Shown one piece after another: positions 51,737-59,693 of a DNA stretch of 62,290 nucleotides. Both the position numbers and the translations under genes were made by a program. Source of the DNA: Candidatus Sungiibacteriota bacterium (GTDB lineage Bacteria; Patescibacteriota; Minisyncoccia; Sungbacterales; JACQCQ01); NCBI GenBank assembly GCA_016201505.1, contig JACQCQ010000006.1, positions 1-62,290 of the forward strand. The letters run 5' to 3'. The notes beneath the pieces are model-generated. The model ran no database searches. It saw only the letters and a list, made by a program, of their open reading frames with translations, and was not told where the DNA came from. Position 1 is the stretch's first letter; the number at the start of each line of letters is the position of its first letter.

Positions 51737-53965
51737 TTAGTGACGCGGTCTCCGGTCGTGATGTTCGCGCCGGAACGTTGGCGAACCTCCCCGGCGCGGC
51801 CCGCGATCATCTTCGAGTCTGCCAGCGTAGGGATTGGGATTGGCGGCTTTGGCGGCCGCTACGTCTTCATCCGAATAGCGGCCGGGTACGTCTTTTAGCG
51901 AAAGATTAATGCGTCCCTGGTCATCGATATTTTTTACTTTGACCGGAATGACGTCGCCAATGTTTACTATATCAGTTACGCGACTCACTCGGTACGGCGC
52001 GAGTTCTGAAATATGCACCAAGCCTTCTTGCCTCGGCCCAACTTCGACCATGGCGCCGAATTCAAACAGGCGCGAGACGCGGCCTTCCAGCAATTCGCCG
52101 GGCATGATTTCGCGCGTAATTTTTTTGATCCACTCGATGGCTTCAGCGCTTGAGTCCTGACTGCGCGCCGTCACAAATACCGTTCCGTCATCCTCGATAT
52201 CAATTTGCGCGCCGGTCGTATCAATAATTTCATTGATGACTTTGCCGCCCGGCCCAATCAAATCGCGAATTTTATCCGGGTTGATTTTTAAGGTCGTAAT
52301 GCGCGGCGCGGTGGGCGAAAGTTCTGGGCGCGGCTCCGCAATGGCTTGATTCATCACCTCTAAAATCTCCAGCCGGGCTTTTTTAGCTTGTGCCAGGGCC
52401 TCTTTTAAAACCGGCACGGTAATACCTTCAATTTTTACATCCATCTGAAGCGCGTTCACACCATTTTTGGTGCCGGCCACTTTTAAATCCATGTCGCCGT
52501 GATGATCTTCCGGTCCCTGGATGTCGGTTAAAATTTTATAATGACCTTTCCCGTCCATCATGAGGCCCATGGCGATACCGGTGGCCGGTTCTTTAATCGG
52601 CACGCCGGCATCCATCAAGGCGAGTGACGCGGCAGTGACTGCGGCCATGGAAGTTGAACCATTGGAAGTCAGTGTTTCAGAAACAACCCGAATGGTGTAA
52701 GGAAACTCTTCGCGTGAAGGCATAACCGTCTCGAGTGCCCGTTCAGCCAGCGCCCCATGCCCGATTTCTCTGCGGCCCCCGCCCATTCTGCCGACCTCGC
52801 CGGTCGAATATTTGGGATGATTGTAGTGATGCATGAAGCGCTTTTTGAACTCCCCCTCCATGGTGTCGAATAATTGCTCTTCCGATGGCGCACCGAGCGT
52901 CACGATTGATAAGAGTTGTGTTTCACCTCGACTAAACATGCCCGAGCCGTGCACGCGCGGCAGTACGCTAACTTCAGCCGACAAGGCGCGCAATTCATCC
53001 ATTTTGCGGCCGTCAATGCGCTCGTTACCCGCGATTGCCCGGCGATGCACGATATCGTTTACGGCTTCATGGAAGACATGCTCTAAGGTATTCGTGCCCG
53101 CCGCCTCGCCGAACATTTCAGTCGCCCGCGTTTTCCATTCGGCCTCTAGCTCATCACGCTTGGCATATTTTTCCAACTTTTTGAGACCGGAATATAAAAT
53201 TTCTTCAAGCCGCGGCTCGAAATCATCTTTCATAAATTGAGTCATCTCGTGTGAGGGTTCGGCCAGCGGCACCATGACTTTTCCTGTGGTATGTTCGGCG
53301 ATGATAGCCTTCTGGAATTGAATTAATTCATGGATTTCTTTTTCGGCGAGCTCGAGGGCTTCAACTATTTCGCCCTCCTCTATTTCTTTGGCACCTGACT
53401 CAATCATGTTGATCTTGCCTTCGGGCCCCGAGACGAGTAAATCTAAATCCGCTCCCTCTCGTTCCTCGTAGGTTGGATTGACGATCAGTTTTCCATCTTT
53501 TTTTCCGATGCGAATGCCGGCCACCGGCCCATTCCAGGGAATTTCCGAAATGGCGAGCGACAGTGAAGCGCCGACGAGTGCCGGGATATCGGGATCGTTT
53601 TTCCCGTCAAAGGCCATGACCGTGGTCACGACCTGTGTTTCATTTCGCATTCGGGGGTCAAATCGCGGCCGGATGGTGCGGTCAATCAAGCGGGTCGATA
53701 AAATCGCCTCATCCGTCGGGCGGCCCTCGCGCTTCATGAATCGCGAGCCGGAAATGCGGCCGGCGGCATAGAATTTTTCTTCGTAGTCGCAGGTTAACGG
53801 AAAAAAGTCGCCGCCTTCTTTGGGGGTTTTCGACATAACGGAGATGGCCAGCACCAAGGTGTCGCCGTAGCGCACCGCCACCCCATTGGCATTATGCGCA
53901 AATCGATCCATTTCGACGCTTAACTCTTTTCCCCCAATCGAGAGGGCATATTTTGTTGGTTTCAT
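51737..53965 (-). CDS. pnp: polyribonucleotide nucleotidyltransferase (PNPase)
   Basis: 742 aa. Two RNase PH domains, a KH domain (IRDLIGPGGKVINEI) and an S1 domain (GRVSRLFEFGAMVEV), plus a basic C-terminal tail. Confidence 0.97.
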   Translation of the reverse strand: MKPTKYALSIGGKELSVEMDRFAHNANGVAVRYGDTLVLAISVMSKTPKEGGDFFPLTCDYEEKFYAAGRISGSRFMKREGRPTDEAILSTRLIDRTIRPRFDPRMRNETQVVTTVMAFDGKNDPDIPALVGASLSLAISEIPWNGPVAGIRIGKKDGKLIVNPTYEEREGADLDLLVSGPEGKINMIESGAKEIEEGEIVEALELAEKEIHELIQFQKAIIAEHTTGKVMVPLAEPSHEMTQFMKDDFEPRLEEILYSGLKKLEKYAKRDELEAEWKTRATEMFGEAAGTNTLEHVFHEAVNDIVHRRAIAGNERIDGRKMDELRALSAEVSVLPRVHGSGMFSRGETQLLSIVTLGAPSEEQLFDTMEGEFKKRFMHHYNHPKYSTGEVGRMGGGRREIGHGALAERALETVMPSREEFPYTIRVVSETLTSNGSTSMAAVTAASLALMDAGVPIKEPATGIAMGLMMDGKGHYKILTDIQGPEDHHGDMDLKVAGTKNGVNALQMDVKIEGITVPVLKEALAQAKKARLEILEVMNQAIAEPRPELSPTAPRITTLKINPDKIRDLIGPGGKVINEIIDTTGAQIDIEDDGTVFVTARSQDSSAEAIEWIKKITREIMPGELLEGRVSRLFEFGAMVEVGPRQEGLVHISELAPYRVSRVTDIVNIGDVIPVKVKNIDDQGRINLSLKDVPGRYSDEDVAAAKAANPNPYAGRLEDDRGPRRGGSPTFRREHHDRRPRH

Positions 53966-54104
53966 TTTTTCTAGTACGAAGAGCGATGGAAGAGGGTGAG
54001 CCTTCAGTTTACTCGTTTGCTTGTTGCGCGACCTTTGGGTCGCCTCAGTTACAACTTGGCAACTAGCAAACTAGTCAACTGTACGGCTCATTCCTCACCG
54101 CAGC

Positions 54105-54707
54105 TTACTCTCCGTTTGGGTTAACGTGCTCTCTCGGCGCCTCATTGTTATTTTGATACGCTGCTTCGCGCCGCGGCCGGCGAAATGAGGCCGACCGCAC
54201 CATTCGAATCGTGTATTTTTCAGGTTCCGCGCCAAGATCGGTAAAGTCATCGGTCATCTCCTTTAATCTGGCAGAAGCCGACCGGCCAAAGGCCATAACT
54301 TCAACCTGAACGCCGAGCGCCTGTCGGATGTATTCAAGTAGGGGAATGTAATCCCCGTCCCCAGATACAATTACCACCGCATCGACTAGGTTCGCAAGCC
54401 GGATGGCGTCGACCGCGAGCCCAACATCCCAGTCGGCTTTTTTCATGCCACCCGGAAAAATCTGCAGGTCTTTTACTTTTAACTCGATGCCGATTTTGGT
54501 GAGCGCTTCGAAAAAGCCTTTCTCTTCGCCCGATTCGGTGGCAATCACGTAGCCGATGGCGCGGATTAATTGTCTGCCCGCCGTCGCCGCTTTTAAGATG
54601 GCGCCAAAATTAACCCGCGCGCCATATAAGTTTTTGGCCGAGTGATATAAGTTCTGCACGTCAAAAAGAATGGCGACGCGCTGATTTTTGTGTTTTATGA
54701 CTGACAT
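54105..54707 (-). CDS. NYN-domain (LabA/DUF88-like) protein located between rpsO and pnp
   Basis: VAILFDVQNLYHSAK...VIVSGDGDYIPLLEYIR are the characteristic NYN/LabA acidic motifs. Confidence 0.8.
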   Translation of the reverse strand: MSVIKHKNQRVAILFDVQNLYHSAKNLYGARVNFGAILKAATAGRQLIRAIGYVIATESGEEKGFFEALTKIGIELKVKDLQIFPGGMKKADWDVGLAVDAIRLANLVDAVVIVSGDGDYIPLLEYIRQALGVQVEVMAFGRSASARLKEMTDDFTDLGAEPEKYTIRMVRSASFRRPRREAAYQNNNEAPREHVNPNGE

Positions 54708-54774
54708 GAGTTTCGCAACTAGCCAATGGCAAATAGCCGCTCGTTACGAATATTAAAAATAAAAAATATTAAAA

Positions 54775-55077
54775 TTACTTTTTGGCTAGAGTTTTTACTG
54801 GAACGGCGGGCTGGACTTTCAACCCTAGTTTCTTTGCAACTTGAGCATAGCGCTTCGGCTCGGACTGCGAAAGATAATTCATTAAGCGGCGGCGTTTCGA
54901 GACCATCGCCAAAAGACCTCTCCGCGAATGATTATCCTTCGGGTGCTTTTTTAAGTGGCCTGTTAACTTCTCAATTTCTTCAGTTAAAACGGCCACCTGC
55001 ACCGCCGAAGAGCCGGTATCGGTCGCATGTGTCCGGAAGGCTTCAATGACTTTCGATTTTCGCTTAGCTTTTAACAT
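54775..55077 (-). CDS. rpsO: 30S ribosomal protein S15
   Basis: FRTHATDTGSSAVQVAVLTEEIEKLTGHLKKHPKDNHSRRGLLAMVSKRRRLMNYL is the canonical S15 sequence. A short C-terminal extension is present. Confidence 0.95.
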   Translation of the reverse strand: MLKAKRKSKVIEAFRTHATDTGSSAVQVAVLTEEIEKLTGHLKKHPKDNHSRRGLLAMVSKRRRLMNYLSQSEPKRYAQVAKKLGLKVQPAVPVKTLAKK

Positions 55078-55196
55078 TTAAACTGTCCACCGACTACTGT
55101 CTACGGACTACGGCTCAACGTTTTATTTTCTGTAGTCAGGAGTCTGTGGTCGGTAGCCGGTTTAAAAAGAGTATCACATTTTACGTAAATTGCAAG

Positions 55197-55226
55197 ACCC
55201 TACGCGACGGCTTCGTCGCGTAGGGT
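55197..55226 (-). terminator. hairpin downstream of 55236..55601
   Basis: ACCCTACGCGACG-gctt-CGTCGCGTAGGGT, a 13-bp perfect stem with a weak T-run on the minus strand. Confidence 0.55.
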
Positions 55227-55235
55227 TCCCGCCCC

Positions 55236-55601
55236 CTACCGTGGCCTCAATGCAGACTTATGAACGTACTCGAACCAAAAGTCTGCCGAGGCCCCATTCT
55301 CCCCAGAAGAAGAATAGAGGAAACGGACCACGCGAAGGATCTCGAACCCATTGGGGTCGCTTCCCCCCGCCTTTTCGAACAACTCGCGGATGGTACTACC
55401 ACCACTGCCAAAGCCAGGCGAAAAAGGGCCGTGGAATGCAATCGTTCGAACTGCGAGAGGGTCGCTGAGTCGCGCGTATCCATCACGGTTGCGGTAGATC
55501 TCCTCCTTGGTCCCTGAGCAAAGTCCCTCTGCTTCGACCTGGCTCATGCCAAGCAGCATGACGGTCAGTATAGCTATCAAAACTTTGGTCATGGTGGTCA
55601 T
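55236..55601 (-). CDS. small secreted hypothetical protein, G+C-richer than its neighbours
   Basis: Start taken at ATG 55601, preceded by AGGAGGAAACC. Signal peptide MTTMTKVLIAILTVMLLGMSQVEA. No family recognised. Confidence 0.6.
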   Translation of the reverse strand: MTTMTKVLIAILTVMLLGMSQVEAEGLCSGTKEEIYRNRDGYARLSDPLAVRTIAFHGPFSPGFGSGGSTIRELFEKAGGSDPNGFEILRVVRFLYSSSGENGASADFWFEYVHKSALRPR

Positions 55602-55731
55602 GGTTTCCTCCTGGACCAATCGAGTTTCGCAAACATTAAACTATTTTTGCTGTACTGACAATATATGAGCCTAAGTCAAAATAATGTCGTACAATATGAT
55701 TAAAGCAACTCTGAAGAGTCGTTTTAATCAG

Positions 55732-55769
55732 TCTGTATTGTGCAACCCTAAAAAGTCGCACAATACAGA
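55732..55769. promoter_or_regulatory. 12-bp perfect inverted repeat TCTGTATTGTGC-14 nt-GCACAATACAGA, 8 nt upstream of the recombinase ATG
   Basis: Read from the sequence. It lies inside the 5' extension of track ORF 55684..56748, which argues for the start at 55777. Confidence 0.45.
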
Positions 55770-55776
55770 CCACTCT

Positions 55777-56748
55777 ATGAAGCTCCAAGATCTAAAAAAA
55801 GACTACTTAGAATCGCTCGAAGTTGAAAAAGGCCGGTCGAAGCTTACGATCCGGAATTATGACCACTACCTCTCACGCTTTTTGGCGTATGCCAAGATTG
55901 AGTCCCCTACTAAAATAACCGAATCTCTGATTCGCGAGTATCGGCTCTATTTAAATCGGCTGGATAAAAACGGGACGCTTAAAAAACAGACACAAAATTA
56001 TCACTTGATCGCGCTGCGCAATTTCCTGAAATACTTATCGAAGCGTGATGTGGAATCACTTGCTGCCGAAAAAATAGAGCTTGCGAAAACTCCGTCACGC
56101 GATCTTGAGTTTATGGAGGAGGATGAGCTCTCGCGATTACTCAAAGCACCCGAAGCCAATAATCTGCGAGCTTTGCGCGACCGGGCGATTATCGAATTAT
56201 TTTTTTCGACCGGACTGCGTCTTTCCGAACTCACCAACTTAAATCGTGATTCGGTTAATTTAAAAAGGGGTGAGTTCTCTGTTCGCGGTAAGGGTGATAA
56301 AATTCGCGTGGTTTTTTTATCCGATACCGCGCGCGACGCGCTTAAAAAATATTTGGATAAACGCGAGGATGTTGACCCCGCCATGTTTGTGCGAATTGTT
56401 CACCCCGTTAGAAATAGGAGACGAAAAACATCTGCCAGCTCCGAAGCAAATAAAATTTCTAACGGGGTAAAAAAGGCCGGCACCGAGGATAACCTGCGAC
56501 TCACTCCCCGTTCGGTTGAGCGCATGGTGAAATATTATGCGGCCAAAGCCGGTATTACAAAGCGAGTAACGCCGCACCAATTGCGTCATTCGTTTGCCAC
56601 CGATCTTCTGCGAAATGGCGCGGATATCAGATCGGTCCAAGCTCTGCTTGGTCACTCGCACATCACGACGACGCAAATTTATACCCATGTCACCGATAAA
56701 GGCCTTCGCGAAATTCATCAGAAATTCCACGGCAAAAATCTTAGATAA
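55777..56748 (+). CDS. XerC/XerD-type tyrosine recombinase with a roughly 30-aa repeat-encoded insertion
   Basis: N-terminal SAM-like domain (YLESLEVEKGRSKLTIRNYDHYLSRF). Catalytic residues R (GLRLSEL), HQLRHSFAT, and LLGHSHITTTQIYTHV (Tyr). Start taken at MKLQDLKK. Confidence 0.88.
   Translation: MKLQDLKKDYLESLEVEKGRSKLTIRNYDHYLSRFLAYAKIESPTKITESLIREYRLYLNRLDKNGTLKKQTQNYHLIALRNFLKYLSKRDVESLAAEKIELAKTPSRDLEFMEEDELSRLLKAPEANNLRALRDRAIIELFFSTGLRLSELTNLNRDSVNLKRGEFSVRGKGDKIRVVFLSDTARDALKKYLDKREDVDPAMFVRIVHPVRNRRRKTSASSEANKISNGVKKAGTEDNLRLTPRSVERMVKYYAAKAGITKRVTPHQLRHSFATDLLRNGADIRSVQALLGHSHITTTQIYTHVTDKGLREIHQKFHGKNLR
56402..56468. repeat. 14-bp perfect inverted repeat (ACCCCGTTAGAAAT ... ATTTCTAACGGGGT) inside the recombinase coding sequence
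   Basis: Arms at 56402-56415 and 56455-56468, with a 39-nt loop. It encodes ...HPVRNRRRKTSASSEANKISNGV..., an insertion relative to Xer recombinases as I recall them. Confidence 0.7.
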
Positions 56749-56779
56749 CTTCATCTTCCGTTACGTACTCCGCTGCATA

Positions 56780-56813
56780 TACCCTATCCCACGCTATAGC
56801 GTGGGATAGGGTA
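56780..56813. repeat. 34-nt perfect palindrome TACCCTATCCCACGCTATAGCGTGGGATAGGGTA between the recombinase and the C39-like peptidase gene
   Basis: Perfect self-complementarity, from the same family as 30552-30585. Confidence 0.85.
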
Positions 56814-56854
56814 AGACAGATTGTTTTGAATCCAGTGTCGTTTAAAATGGAACT

Positions 56855-57505
56855 ATGAAAAGAATTGGCTGTTTCCTCGGTCTTTTTTTGTGGCTTTCTG
56901 CTCTTCCGGCGCTCGCTGTCCAGGAAGCCGACACCACCACAACGCACTTTTTCTCGCTTTCAGTTCCCTTCGTGGTGCAAGCGCCCTTTGGCGATTGGTC
57001 TTCACCCTGGCAAGATTTTTGCGAAGAAGCTTCAATCACCATGAGCTACTCATATCTCACCGGCAAGGTCCCGGACAAATATGAGTCGGCCCTCGTTATG
57101 TTACGGCTCGCCATTTTTGAGATGAAAACACTAGGCTACGACAAAGATACCGATGTGCGCGACACCGAACGCATGATGCACGAGTATTTTGGTTATATGA
57201 AAACGCTGATTCTCAAAAATCCATCCGTTGCTGACATTAAAAATGCACTCTTATCAGGAAATTTAGTATTGGCGCCCTTTGACGGACAACTGGTCGATAA
57301 TCCCTATTACGTCCCGCCGGGACCGCGGTATCACATGGTGGTTATTAAGGGCTACGACAATGATAATTTCATTGTGAATGATCCGGGCACGCGCCACGGC
57401 GAAGGATTCCGCTATCCGATTAATTCGTTTATGAACGCGATTCATGACTTGGTCACCGGCGATATTAGAGAGGGTCCAAAATCAGTTCTGGTCATAGAGA
57501 AATAG
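56855..57505 (+). CDS. secreted C39-like (peptidase_C39_2 / BtrH-like) cysteine peptidase-fold protein
   Basis: Signal peptide, then FFSLSVPFVVQAPFGDWSSPWQDFCEEASITMSYSYL (the VP-x-x-Q-x-P...W...C-E-E-A-S pattern), and later HMVVIKGYDNDNFIVNDPG. A -10-like TAAAAT (56843-56848) lies 6 nt upstream of the ATG. Confidence 0.65.
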   Translation: MKRIGCFLGLFLWLSALPALAVQEADTTTTHFFSLSVPFVVQAPFGDWSSPWQDFCEEASITMSYSYLTGKVPDKYESALVMLRLAIFEMKTLGYDKDTDVRDTERMMHEYFGYMKTLILKNPSVADIKNALLSGNLVLAPFDGQLVDNPYYVPPGPRYHMVVIKGYDNDNFIVNDPGTRHGEGFRYPINSFMNAIHDLVTGDIREGPKSVLVIEK

Positions 57506-57507
57506 GT

Positions 57508-57541
57508 CTACCGATAAGGTACTATAGTACCTTATCGGTAG
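57508..57541. repeat. 34-nt perfect palindrome CTACCGATAAGGTACTATAGTACCTTATCGGTAG downstream of the C39-like gene
   Basis: Perfect self-complementarity with the same central CTATAG as the ACGCTATAGCGT family. Confidence 0.85.
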
Positions 57542-57612
57542 TGTCTCTGTGAGCCCGCGAATTTATTGGTAAACTTGCCAAAACCTGTTAGAGTAGGCCT
57601 CGTATAATCACT

Positions 57613-57684
57613 GCCCTCGTAGTGAAATGGATATCACCACTGCCTTCGAAGCAGTTATTGTAGGTTCGAGTCCTGCCGAGGGCG
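57613..57684 (+). tRNA. tRNA-Arg (anticodon TCG), CCA not encoded
   Basis: Manual cloverleaf: acceptor GCCCTCG/CGAGGGC, D stem GTGA/TCAC, anticodon stem ACTGC/GCAGT with loop CTTCGAA, T arm GTAGG-TTCGAGT-CCTGC, discriminator G followed by CAA. Confidence 0.85.
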
Positions 57685-57701
57685 CAAGGAATTAACTGCA
57701 A

Positions 57702-57772
57702 GCCCCCATAGCTTAATGGTAAAGCTGCGGACTCTTAATCCGTTGATCTAAGTTCGATTCTTAGTGTGGGCA
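57702..57772 (+). tRNA. tRNA-Lys (anticodon CTT), CCA not encoded
   Basis: Manual cloverleaf: acceptor GCCCCCA/TGTGGGC (one C-U mismatch), D stem GCTT/AAGC, anticodon stem GCGGA/TCCGT with loop CTCTTAA, T arm CTAAG-TTCGATT-CTTAG, discriminator A followed by TAA. Confidence 0.8.
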
Positions 57773-57779
57773 TAAAGCT

Positions 57780-59324
57780 ATGAAATCTCACAATAAAGAA
57801 AATAAAAATTTCGTAATTCCGAAAGAAGTCTCGGCGGTTTTGCGGACACTTCAGGAAAATGATTTTGAGGCCTATATAGTTGGCGGATCGGTGCGCGATC
57901 TTTTGATTGGCAAAACGCCTGGCGATTGGGATGTAACCACCAATGCCTCGCCCGAGGAGATTGTAAAATTATTTCCCGATTCGTTTTATGCCAACAAATT
58001 TTTTACGGTCACCGTAAAAACTAAGTCAGATGATCCGCGTCTCGCCGAAATTGAAGTAACAACCTATCGCAGTGAAGCCGGATATACCGACCAGCGCCAT
58101 CCGGATGCGGTGCGTCCCGCCAAATCGTTGGAGGAGGATTTGTCGCGCCGCGATTTTACGATTAACGCCATAGCATTGGAAGTAAGAAGTGAGAAGTTAG
58201 AAGTTGGATCAAAGTCGAACCTTAAACCTCCGACCCCCAACCTCTATCATGTCATCGATCCATTTGGGGGTATGAATGATCTCGAAGCAAAAATTGTGCG
58301 TACCGTTGGCGATGCCAAAGAACGATTTTCGGAAGACGCGCTGCGCATGCTGCGCGCTGTACGCATCGCGACTGAACTCGATTTTACCATCGAAGAGAAA
58401 ACTTCATCCGCCATTAAAGAACATGCCGGCTGGCTGCGCGCGATTGCAAAAGAGAGGATTCGCGATGAACTTCTTAAAATGTTTGCTTCTCCAAATTCAG
58501 CCCAGGGCATTCAGGCGCTCCATGATCTAGGGTTGCTTTCAACGATTATGCCGGAGCTTGAAGAGGGCCTCGGTGTTGGCCAAAACAAACATCATGTCTA
58601 TACCGTTTGGGAACATAATGTCTTTGCGCTCCAATGGGCGGATAAGGAAAAATATTCAGTGCCGGTGAAAATTTCAGCTCTCCTGCATGATGTGGCCAAA
58701 CCCCGTTGCAAGCGCGGCGAGGGACCGGATTCAACCTTCTATCAGCATGATGTGGTCGGCGCAAAAATGGCGACGAATATGCTTGAGACTCTCCATTTCC
58801 CCCGCGAAGAAATTATTACAATTGCTAAACTCATTCGCTGGCATTTATTTAAGTATGATCCCGATGAGGGCATTACCGACTCTGCCATTCGCCGGTTGAT
58901 TCGCAATGTCGGAGCGGAAAACATCGCAGACTTGGTCCTGCTGCGCATTTGCGATCGCATGGGGTCGGGCGTCCCCAAGGCCGTTCCATATCGGCTGCGG
59001 CACTTTAAATTCCGGGTTGAAAAAATTCTTCGCGAAGAGGAAGCGCCCTCGCCTAAAATGCTAAAAGTAAATGGCGAGGATGTAATGGAGATTTTGGGTA
59101 TCGAACCCGGCCCCCAGGTCGGATTTATGTTGGCGGCACTGCTTGAAGAAGTAATTGACGATCCGACAAAAAACAGCAAAGATATATTAGTTTCTCGAGT
59201 TCGCGAGTTAGGCCAGTTTTCGATTGATGAATTAAAAAAGCTCGCCGAGTCGGCGGAGTCTAAAGTCGAGCTGATCGAAGATGAACGCGAACAAGAAATT
59301 AAAAATAAGTATTACGTGCAATAG
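57780..59324 (+). CDS. cca: CCA-adding tRNA nucleotidyltransferase with HD domain
   Basis: AYIVGGSVRDLLIGKTPGDWDVTT, RRDFTINAIA, and an HD region (LLHDVAKP...). The ATG is 7 nt after tRNA-Lys. Confidence 0.9.
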   Translation: MKSHNKENKNFVIPKEVSAVLRTLQENDFEAYIVGGSVRDLLIGKTPGDWDVTTNASPEEIVKLFPDSFYANKFFTVTVKTKSDDPRLAEIEVTTYRSEAGYTDQRHPDAVRPAKSLEEDLSRRDFTINAIALEVRSEKLEVGSKSNLKPPTPNLYHVIDPFGGMNDLEAKIVRTVGDAKERFSEDALRMLRAVRIATELDFTIEEKTSSAIKEHAGWLRAIAKERIRDELLKMFASPNSAQGIQALHDLGLLSTIMPELEEGLGVGQNKHHVYTVWEHNVFALQWADKEKYSVPVKISALLHDVAKPRCKRGEGPDSTFYQHDVVGAKMATNMLETLHFPREEIITIAKLIRWHLFKYDPDEGITDSAIRRLIRNVGAENIADLVLLRICDRMGSGVPKAVPYRLRHFKFRVEKILREEEAPSPKMLKVNGEDVMEILGIEPGPQVGFMLAALLEEVIDDPTKNSKDILVSRVRELGQFSIDELKKLAESAESKVELIEDEREQEIKNKYYVQ

Positions 59325-59398
59325 ATACAAGTGACAGGAGACAAGAAACAAGTGGGGCGGGTTGGTAAAATCGCACGTTCACTCGCCTAAGTTTTTAT

Positions 59399-59469
59399 CG
59401 GGCCATAGTGTAGCGGTAGCACGAGTCCTTCGGGAGGATTTAGCCCCGGTTCGATTCCGGGTGGCCCGA
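59399..59469 (+). tRNA. tRNA-Pro (anticodon CGG), CCA not encoded
   Basis: Manual cloverleaf: acceptor CGGGCCA/TGGCCCG, D stem GTGT/GCAC, anticodon stem AGTCC/GGATT with loop TTCGGGA (G37), T arm CCCGG-TTCGATT-CCGGG, discriminator A. Confidence 0.85.
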
Positions 59470-59532
59470 CAGATAAAAATTTAGGCGGGCAAGGGTGCGC
59501 CTGCCTGTCGCGAGACAGGTGTAGACTGGGTT

Positions 59533-59597
59533 CTCCGCCAGCCGGCTCCGCCAGCCGGCTCCGCCAGCCGGCTCCGCCAGCCGGCTCCGCCAGCCGG
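59533..59597. repeat. five perfect tandem copies of the 13-mer CTCCGCCAGCCGG
   Basis: Copies start at 59533, 59546, 59559, 59572 and 59585. The array begins 64 nt downstream of tRNA-Pro. Confidence 0.95.
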
Positions 59598-59693
59598 CGG
59601 ACTAGTGCCCCGACTGAAACTAGGATCGAGATTCTCGATTGGCTCTTCGACAAGGATCAATCACGGGATCTTAATCTTAGAAAGGAAAAATAC

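Noticed and set aside
57603-57608. TATAAT 4 nt upstream of the tRNA-Arg 5' end as a leaderless-tRNA promoter
   Set aside because: The spacing would place the transcription start inside the mature tRNA. rnpA is present, so 5' leaders can be processed. Probably coincidental or part of a different promoter geometry.
59533-59597. Tandem 13-mers as a CRISPR array
   Set aside because: The copies are directly adjacent with no spacers, and the unit is far too short. This is a simple tandem repeat.
59387-59653. 88-aa minus-strand ORF
   Set aside because: It runs antisense through tRNA-Pro and the tandem repeat (RLAEPAGG reiterations), so it is an artefact of the repeat.
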